From Dehalococcoidia bacterium (lineage in GTDB: Bacteria; Chloroflexota; Dehalococcoidia; DSTF01; JALHUB01): a stretch of 41,781 bases of DNA. The stretch spans positions 1-41,781 of the forward strand of contig JALHUB010000251.1 of the NCBI GenBank assembly GCA_022865685.1, in the 5' to 3' direction. Positions 17,807-24,086 of this stretch are shown here, piece after piece (the first letter of the stretch is position 1; each line of letters opens with the position of its first letter). The notes under the pieces are model-generated. The model was not told where the DNA came from, did not search any database, and saw only the letters and a list, made by a program, of their open reading frames with translations. Position numbers and translations under genes: made by a program.

Positions 17807-18676
17807 ATGTCCGTGCGACCGAACCGAGCCGTGAGAACAACAGGGACCCGTCCCGGTGGGATGGCCGGATCGCTCCTCATGGGTGCGGGCATCGCCTTCC
17901 TTATCTTCTCGTCGGCGCTGTTCCTGGGCCAGGGCCCGGTCGCGGGCAGCGAGGAACCGCTCGTCCGCTCTTCCGGCACCACGGAGACCGGCGACACCAT
18001 TATCCTGCTGGCAGCGAAGGGCCCCGCCTTCGACACGGCTGACGCGCGTCTCCTGCGGCTGGAGAAGGCGCCCGTTGCCCCTATCGTCGTCGCGCAGCCG
18101 CCGCTGATGCCCGCCGAACAGCCGGCCGCCGAGCCGGTCGTCGCGCCGCCCTCGCCGACGCCGTCTCAGCCGCTTCCTGTCGTCGCTCCCGTGCAGCCGG
18201 CGCCCACGTCGACGCCGTTGCCGCCACCACCGACTGAACCACCACCTCCACCGCCGCCGGCGGTCGAACCGGCGACGCTCACTACCTTCGAGGCGGACAT
18301 CCTGGCGGGCGTGAACAAGGAGCGCGTCGCCGCGGGCCTCGCGCCGCTACAGATCGACGCCGCGCTCGTCGCTGTTGCCCGTGAGCGCTCCGCCGACATG
18401 GTCCAGCAGGGTTACTTCGGTCACGTAAGCCCCAGCGGCGAGACCGCCTTCTTGCTCCTCGACCGCTACGGCATCCCCTACGGCTGGGCCGGCGAAAACC
18501 TCGCGCGCAACAACTACCCTGATGAGGAGTGCGTCTTCGTCGCCGTGCGCGATTGGATGGCCAGCGAGGGCCACCGCGAGAACATCCTGAACGTCCACTA
18601 CACGGCCATAGGCGTAGGCGCGGCCGTCGACTCATCGGGGATGAAGTACTTCACTCTCGTCTTCACCGGCCCCTAA
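17807..18676 (+). CDS. Membrane-anchored CAP/SCP (YkwD-like) domain protein with Pro-rich linker
   Basis: N-terminal TM helix (LLMGAGIAFLIFSSALFL), a Pro/Ala-rich spacer (PPPPTEPPPPPPPA), then a CAP domain: ILAGVNKERVAAGLAPL...GYFGHVSPSGE...HRENILNVHYTAIGVG. Confidence 0.8.
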   Translation: MSVRPNRAVRTTGTRPGGMAGSLLMGAGIAFLIFSSALFLGQGPVAGSEEPLVRSSGTTETGDTIILLAAKGPAFDTADARLLRLEKAPVAPIVVAQPPLMPAEQPAAEPVVAPPSPTPSQPLPVVAPVQPAPTSTPLPPPPTEPPPPPPPAVEPATLTTFEADILAGVNKERVAAGLAPLQIDAALVAVARERSADMVQQGYFGHVSPSGETAFLLLDRYGIPYGWAGENLARNNYPDEECVFVAVRDWMASEGHRENILNVHYTAIGVGAAVDSSGMKYFTLVFTGP

Positions 18677-18790
18677 CGCCCGCGACTCCGGACTCTCTCA
18701 ACGACGTAGCCCAGGCCTGCCTGGCTTTCCAGCCTCGGCGAACCCACGCTCACTTCTTGACGTATTCGAAGGTAATCAGCACAAACGTAG

Positions 18791-18810
18791 GGGAGGACTT
18801 CAGTCCTCCC
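18791..18810. repeat. REP-like hairpin GGGAGGAC-ttca-GTCCTCCC
   Basis: Perfect 8-bp stem with a TTCA loop in the convergent spacer between the CAP gene and the AAA+ gene. Same element with a compensatory stem change at 40149-40168. Confidence 0.55.
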
Positions 18811-18846
18811 GCCGGCGCGAGGATGATGCAAACGGGTGTGGGCCAA

Positions 18847-20193
18847 TCAGAGGTCCACGAAGTAGAAGCTACACGCGATGTCGATGAGCTCCGGTCGCAG
18901 CTCTGGGCGCTCCCCGCGGTAGTTGGTGATAGACTCGATAAGCTCGACGATGTCGCGCGGATGGCAGCCACGCAGGGGCCGGTTCTTCGCGCCGTAGTGC
19001 TTGTCCATGAGGTATCGCAGCGCTTCTTCCGGGCAGGCGATCTCCTTGGACTCGCACACCTGCCGGAAGATGTGCTCGAAGTGGCACTGACTGGGGTCGG
19101 GCATCTCGATCTTGTGCCGAATGCGACGGAAGAAGGCCTCATCCCCAAGCTGCCGCGGCGGGATATTCGTCGAGAATACCAGCAATAGGTCGAACGGCAT
19201 GACGATCGTATCGCCGGTGTGCAGCGTCAGGTGATCGACGCCCTGCTCAAGGGGCACGATCCAGCGGTTCAGCAACTCCTTCGGCTCAATGAGCTGCCGC
19301 CCGAAGTCGTCGATGACGAGTACGCCGCTGTTCGCCTTGACTTGCAGCGGCGCTACGTAGAACTTGGACACGTCCGAGTAGCGAAGCTCCAGGTCCTGCA
19401 GACTGAGCGACCCGCCGGCCATCACCACCGGCCGCAGCGTCCTCACCCAGCGATGGTCGCGCCGCCGCTCGTCGGGCAGGCTCTCCAGAGTGCCGTCGCT
19501 CCGGCGGTCCGGATCCGTCTCATCCGGTATCTCGGCGTGCACGCGCGGGTCAAAGACCTTGATGATATGGCCGTTGTACTCGAACGCGTATGGGATTAGC
19601 ACCTGTCCCGGCAGCATCCGGCCGATGGCGCCGGCCGCGCTGCTCTTACCGTTACCGGAATTCCCATATAGCAGCATCGACCGGCCCGAATTGACGGCTG
19701 CCCCGAGCGCGTAGAGCGTCGTGTCGTCGAGGACGAGGTGCGCCAGCTCCTTCTTCTCGATATCGCTGTCAATGCGCAGGCCGCGCACCGACTGCCGGTG
19801 CTGCACCTCCACGTACTGCTCGAAAGCCACCGGCGCCGGTCCGTTGTACTGGCAGCGGCGCATCACCTCCTCCGCCTTCTCCATTCCCTTGACGGTCAGC
19901 GCATACTTGTACTGCGACTCGCCTGTCCCGCCGCTCCCCACTACCTCCACGTACTGCTCCCGCTTGAGGAAATCGAGAAGCTCCTCTACCACCGGGAAGG
20001 GCAGCATCATGTGGGCGCTGATCTGGCGCGCAACCGGCCTCCCCGCGAAGTAGATGCACTTGATGCACAAGTCGAGGAGGAGACCGGAGTGCAGCCCCGT
20101 CTCTTCGACGCTTTGCGGTTGGGAAATGAAGACGGTCGGCGGCGTGCTGTGGTGGTCTCGCTTAACCTCGATACCGACCTCGACCTGCTCCAT
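18847..20193 (-). CDS. AAA+ family ATPase of unknown function with N-terminal winged-helix-like domain
   Basis: Walker A LLYGNSGNGKSSAAG, Walker B VLVIDDFGRQ, sensor-1-like VFSTN, and Arg-rich FFRRIRHKIEMPDP. The N-terminal ~110 aa look like a wHTH (RQISAHMMLPFPVVEELLDFLKREQYVEVV). ATG 20193 has a GGAAGAGGAG SD, whereas the track start is TTG 20223. Confidence 0.7.
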   Translation of the reverse strand: MEQVEVGIEVKRDHHSTPPTVFISQPQSVEETGLHSGLLLDLCIKCIYFAGRPVARQISAHMMLPFPVVEELLDFLKREQYVEVVGSGGTGESQYKYALTVKGMEKAEEVMRRCQYNGPAPVAFEQYVEVQHRQSVRGLRIDSDIEKKELAHLVLDDTTLYALGAAVNSGRSMLLYGNSGNGKSSAAGAIGRMLPGQVLIPYAFEYNGHIIKVFDPRVHAEIPDETDPDRRSDGTLESLPDERRRDHRWVRTLRPVVMAGGSLSLQDLELRYSDVSKFYVAPLQVKANSGVLVIDDFGRQLIEPKELLNRWIVPLEQGVDHLTLHTGDTIVMPFDLLLVFSTNIPPRQLGDEAFFRRIRHKIEMPDPSQCHFEHIFRQVCESKEIACPEEALRYLMDKHYGAKNRPLRGCHPRDIVELIESITNYRGERPELRPELIDIACSFYFVDL

Positions 20194-20349
20194 CAGCTCC
20201 TCTTCCTGATTCGATCCGCGCAATAGCTAATGCGTAGACGGAGCCCGTCGCCGGGGTTGAGCCCGATGACCGGCAAATTGAGTATCGTATGAAAGCGTCG
20301 GCTTCTGAACAGCAAGGGCTTTCTCATAGCATTCGGCCCGTGGCCGTCG

Positions 20350-20826
20350 CTAGCCGGCGAGCAGGAGCTCACGCGTCAGATCACCCCAACTGAACATGAC
20401 CGTAGAAAGCCAGCGCGACGATTCGAAATACCCCGCGGCCCGCCATTGCTCCATCAGTTGTGTCAGTGTCGCAGGGACCGGCCCATCGGCGTAGAAATCG
20501 CTCGGCCGCAACACACCGAAGCTGTGGCGTACGGTCTCCTCGCTTTCCCCGCCGACGAGGCTGAGGGCCATCGTCACGTAGTCCAGCCCGTATGGGCGGC
20601 GCATCTGCGTCATCGTCGCGCGACACCATTGCAGAACGATGGAGTCGAGCTCGTCGGGTCGAACGGCCGTTGCCGGTTCGCCGCCCAGCTCCCAGCACAT
20701 GTGGTAGACTCCGACGCCCGCCTCAACGGCGTCCCGGACCTTCGACTCCGCCGACCCCTGTCTCAGCCGTCTTATCAGTGAAGCGAGGATCATGTTCCCT
20801 TGAACGGCGGGACCGCCCATGCGCAT
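20350..20826 (-). CDS. Hypothetical protein (158 aa), no recognisable domain
   Basis: Codon usage and third-position GC look coding. Co-directional with and 126 nt upstream of the AAA+ ATPase gene. No motif recognised. Start uncertain (20826 or 20793). Confidence 0.5.
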   Translation of the reverse strand: MRMGGPAVQGNMILASLIRRLRQGSAESKVRDAVEAGVGVYHMCWELGGEPATAVRPDELDSIVLQWCRATMTQMRRPYGLDYVTMALSLVGGESEETVRHSFGVLRPSDFYADGPVPATLTQLMEQWRAAGYFESSRWLSTVMFSWGDLTRELLLAG

Positions 20827-20950
20827 GCCCGCGACCCAACCTGGGCCGGCGCGGCGTCGCGAAAGGGCGTCCGTTTGAATTATCGGCAGAGGCGGGAGGA
20901 CGCTTCAGGTGCGGGCGCGTCGCAAGGCGCGAAGCTGGAGGGGAACAAGA

Positions 20951-20980
20951 GGGAAGGGCCCTATCGCAGAGGCCCTTCCC
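20951..20980 (-). terminator. Hairpin terminator after the small-peptide ORF (minus strand)
   Basis: GGGAAGGGCC-10 nt loop-GGCCCTTCCC, a 10-bp perfect stem. On the minus strand it is followed by TCTTGTT. Confidence 0.5.
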
Positions 20981-21007
20981 GTAGTTGTCTTTCGAAGACG
21001 ACGACAG

Positions 21008-21085
21008 CTAGGCAACAACGGCGACAAGCGCAATGACAGCCAGGGGGACGATACCCCAGGTGCGGAGAAGTGCCGTTCCTTTCAT
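21008..21085 (-). CDS. Possible 25-aa hydrophobic peptide (MKGTALLRTWGIVPLAVIALVAVVA)
   Basis: ATG preceded by GGAGTCAGGG. Single TM-like segment, followed by its own hairpin terminator. Below the ORF-track size cutoff and found by reading the minus strand. Confidence 0.35.
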   Translation of the reverse strand: MKGTALLRTWGIVPLAVIALVAVVA

Positions 21086-21243
21086 CCCTGACTCCTGTTC
21101 ACCCGATTGCCGGCTTCGCTTGATCGCCGTACGGCCGCATTTGAGCGGCCGTCAGCCGGGCCTCATGGCCCTAAGTCCTTGCTCTGTGCCCTACTAGAGC
21201 AGTTATTCGTTTCAGGGTCTTCCGGTTCGGTCGACCTTTCTTG

Positions 21244-22752
21244 TTACTCCGTCCGGCGGCGAGCCAGTCGCAGGCCGCTCAGCAGCAGCACAATGCCGCC
21301 CGCCGACAGGAGCACGCCGAAGATCGTCGGCCCTGACGGGGAGCCACCGCCGCTACCGGTGGGGGGCAGCTTTACGATCTCCAATACCTCAGTCACGGGC
21401 GTCGGCGCAACGAGCGTGGGTGCCGCTGTCGCCGTCGGCGCAGGCGTGCGCGTCTTGGTCGGCGTAGCCGTGTGGTGGTGCTCCTCAGTCGCCGTCGGCG
21501 GATGAGTGGCCGTCGCCGTAGCGGTAGGCGTGTCCGTTGGCAACGGAGTGGACGTCCCTGTCGCCGTTGGGGTGAACGTCTCCGTCGGCGGTGGCGTGAA
21601 GGTACGCGTTGCCGTCGCCGTTGGTGTCGCCGTCGATGTCGATGTTGGCGGTGGCGTGTAGGTACTGGTTGCCGTCGCCGTTGGTGTCGCCGTTGGTGTC
21701 GCCGTCGATGTTGGCGTCGGCGTGAAAGTGCTCGTTGCCGTCGCCGTTGCCGTCGCCGTAGGTGTCGCCGTCGATGTCGCCGTCGGTGTCGGTGTGAACG
21801 TGTTAGTAGGCGTTGCCGTACTGGTGTTGGTCGGCGTTGGCGTGAACGTGCTAGTCGGCGTCGCCGTCGGTGTATCCGTCGGCGTCGGTGTCGGCGTCGG
21901 CTGCACAATGGTGTTGGCCTGCATCTGGTTGTCGCGCTGGCCGATAGACGTGCCATCAAGCTCGACAGTCGCCACGTGGTACGGAGAGCCCGAGATCTCC
22001 GCAGCGCCTTTGCCGGTCCCCCAGTCGGCTTGACTGGCGACGTGGGCTCCCCAGGTAATCAAAACCTCACAGGTCGTCACGCCCTGTTTTGTGACCGGGT
22101 TAGCGCAGGTGAAGGTGTCGACGGTGAACGTCAGTTGAACGGTCGTTTCGCTATCCCCGGCGTAGCTGCCGCTAGCGAGCGTGGGCACGCCCACAACATC
22201 GATTGTCCCGTTGCGGATATAGAAGTGTTGGTCGCCAGCAGCGGTGTCAAACCCGTTGGCGTTCGGATCCGCCGGGATTGGCGGAGACGGGTTGGCAGTT
22301 AGTGTGCTGCAAGAAGCGAGATTGGTGATGGGAGGGTCACAGAAGTCAGCGGCCGTAATCCAGTCTTCCGAAAACAGGGGGTCCGTCAAGAAGTCGTACG
22401 CGTGCTTCCCGCCCTTCGTCGTGCCGTACGAGATGGTGACGGTGTGGGTACCGGTTATCAGTCCGTCGATCGCCAACCGCTGGACTGTCGCCTCCCCCTC
22501 CCTATAGAGGGAGTTGTTGTGCTGCAGGTTGCCATTGATCCAACGACAACCTGTGTCGCCGGTCGTGTAGCCGGTCCCTTGATCGTTCGAGCACTGGGAG
22601 TACAAGTCGATGCCGGCCTCGCCCGCTGCGACTGCCTTGCCGGGTCCGCTCCTACTGAGCGACACGAACAGAGCTAGTGCAGCGGCTGCAACGATACCGA
22701 GCAATAGCATCCAGCCTACACGGGTGCGTCCCATTTGAAATAGATCATTCAT
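21244..22752 (-). CDS. LPXTG-type (LPPTG) sortase-anchored surface protein with Thr/Pro-rich stalk
   Basis: N-terminal signal/TM ([19 protein letters not shown]) and a ~240-aa Cys-containing domain of unknown family. A ~170-aa TPTxT low-complexity stalk follows. The C-terminal sorting signal is LPPTG + [16 protein letters not shown] + [16 protein letters not shown] before ATG 22752. Confidence 0.85.
   Translation of the reverse strand: MNDLFQMGRTRVGWMLLLGIVAAAALALFVSLSRSGPGKAVAAGEAGIDLYSQCSNDQGTGYTTGDTGCRWINGNLQHNNSLYREGEATVQRLAIDGLITGTHTVTISYGTTKGGKHAYDFLTDPLFSEDWITAADFCDPPITNLASCSTLTANPSPPIPADPNANGFDTAAGDQHFYIRNGTIDVVGVPTLASGSYAGDSETTVQLTFTVDTFTCANPVTKQGVTTCEVLITWGAHVASQADWGTGKGAAEISGSPYHVATVELDGTSIGQRDNQMQANTIVQPTPTPTPTDTPTATPTSTFTPTPTNTSTATPTNTFTPTPTATSTATPTATATATATSTFTPTPTSTATPTATPTATATSTYTPPPTSTSTATPTATATRTFTPPPTETFTPTATGTSTPLPTDTPTATATATHPPTATEEHHHTATPTKTRTPAPTATAAPTLVAPTPVTEVLEIVKLPPTGSGGGSPSGPTIFGVLLSAGGIVLLLSGLRLARRRTE
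21397..21903 (-). repeat. Imperfect tandem coding repeats (Thr/Pro/Ala-rich stalk)
   Basis: Reiterated GTCGGCGT/GGTGT-type units on the plus strand encode (T/A)PT(A/S)T repeats. They also generate the Arg-rich shadow ORFs 21393..21959 and 21472..22302. Confidence 0.8.
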
Positions 22753-23202
22753 TGCGCTTGCCTCCTACGGCGAATCGTTCCGCCGACCCCGCGGCGAACA
22801 CGCGACCATTAGCCTATCCATCGCTTGCTGTCTTTCTCTCTCGCGTTGCCGCCGCGCCAATCGCAGACCGCCCATCAGCACGATGTGCCGGTCACTGACG
22901 AGACTGCAATCCCTCCGCGCCTGGGCCAGATCCCAGGACCGTCGGGGGTGATGCCACCTTGTTCGTATCATACCATACCCTGTCGGCATTTGCCGAATGA
23001 AAAACCGCCGCCTTCAGCTCAGAAGACAGCGGCTGAAGCGCTCCGAAAAAACCTCTTCGGCAGCCCGGCCGCCCTAGCCCCCTGTTCCCTGCCGTCGTCC
23101 TTGATAGCTACGCGGAGACCTTAGATCCGTGGCTTTGCGCCGGCCGGTTTCCCAGCCTTTGCCCTTTCGGAGACCGTATGTAGTTTTCACGAAGATAGAA
23201 TA

Positions 23203-23257
23203 GGGGCCGAGGGACACGTGCAGGGCCCCGCCTCCCCTTTCCGGGTCCCTCGGCCCC
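23203..23257. other. Long 13-bp-stem hairpin in the 1-kb non-coding gap
   Basis: GGGGCCGAGGGAC (23203-23215) pairs perfectly with GTCCCTCGGCCCC (23245-23257), with a 29-nt loop. On the minus strand it is followed by TATTCTATCTT. A second GGGGCCGAG copy lies at 23302-23310. Confidence 0.5.
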
Positions 23258-23696
23258 AGAAAAGTCATGCCATGCTTTCGTTCTGGGAGCGTGGGATGGG
23301 AGGGGCCGAGCCATTCGGCCTGCGCCGCCAATCCGGCCACAAGAACCGTGATCGCGGCTCACGCCCCCCGAAAGCAGGGACACAGGCGACCCTATTGCCT
23401 GCTAGCATGGTTGCCCATGCTCACTTCTCGGAGGCTTCTTCTCTTGTCCAGGTGCCTGGCCGGACGCGATCCAAAACGGGGCGCCGCCCATTGCCCTTCC
23501 CGCCTAGAGCGGGTTTCCAGGCTGAGCCCCTACGCCTCCTTGCGAATTACAGGCCAGCAGGAAAAGGGTCGACAATAATGCTGAAAGAGCCTCAAGCTCC
23601 TGACGACTGGCCTCTTCCTTTAGGCCGGAATCAACGCCATGTTGTCACAACAGATGAGAGCTTGTCAAGTGGCCCTTTCTAACCACTCTGTCAGTA

Positions 23697-23726
23697 TTGA
23701 GAACGCTCAGGCTAGGGCTTTATTAC
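23697..23726 (+). promoter_or_regulatory. Candidate sigma70-like promoter for flp1
   Basis: TTGAGA (23697-23702), 18-nt spacer, TATTAC (23721-23726). The predicted 5' UTR starts with the imperfect hairpin GATGGGCC...GGCCCATC (23728-23763). Confidence 0.3.
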
Positions 23727-23786
23727 AGATGGGCCCGCCTCTCGGCTAGAAGCGAGGCCCATCCAAAACAGCAGGAATACGGACGC

Positions 23787-23939
23787 ATGATGAGAATATC
23801 TAGCGACAGAGCACAGACGACCGCCGAATACGGCCTCATCTTTGCCCTCGTCCTAGTCGCAGTCGTCGTAACCTTTGTCGCCGTCGGTGGTGCCGTGCAA
23901 GGTCTCTGGGACTCCTTCATCACCGCCTGGCCTGCATAA
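23787..23939 (+). CDS. flp: Flp-family type IVb prepilin (copy 1, 50 aa)
   Basis: MMRISSDRAQTTAEYGLIFALVLVAVVVTF... carries the Flp xQTxAEYGLI motif followed by a hydrophobic helix. The track ORF from 23697 is a 5' extension. Confidence 0.8.
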   Translation: MMRISSDRAQTTAEYGLIFALVLVAVVVTFVAVGGAVQGLWDSFITAWPA

Positions 23940-24086
23940 AGCACCCGTAGAGAGGCCGCAGCCGGACTCCTCAGCCACACGCGGGCGCTAACGCCTGCAT
24001 TTGGCCTCGGGGGAGCCGCCCCTGCAACTTCGACAGGGGTTAAGACGAACGGCTGATAAGCCGACCTAACTGGTGGGAGACAAATC

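Noticed and set aside
21393-22302. Arg-rich ORFs (188 aa on the minus strand, 276 aa on the plus strand) over the repeat region, and a possible CRISPR-like periodicity
   Set aside because: They are alternative-frame read-throughs of the Thr/Pro stalk repeats of the LPXTG protein. The repeats are short, imperfect and contiguous with no unique spacers, so this is not a CRISPR array.
23170-23215. Additional CCCCTA-containing sequences (minus strand near 23200, and near 18787) as further copies of the 37-nt upstream motif
   Set aside because: Only the CCCCTA hexamer and a loose AACTA/ATTAC tail match. CCCCTA is expected by chance many times in 42 kb, and both sites are parts of hairpin stems.
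22825-23682. ORFs 22825..23124, 23218..23682 and 23267..23578 (plus strand), and 23074..23383 (minus strand), in the 1-kb gap
   Set aside because: No SD, no motifs, mutually overlapping frames, and composition unlike neighbouring genes. I treated the region as non-coding. I also looked for RNase P, SRP RNA, tmRNA and tRNA hallmark strings on both strands and found none.
23697-23786. 30-aa N-terminal extension of Flp1 in the track ORF
   Set aside because: Flp prepilins have short leaders. The extension would span the predicted promoter and the 5' hairpin, and ATG 23787 gives a typical 50-aa prepilin.
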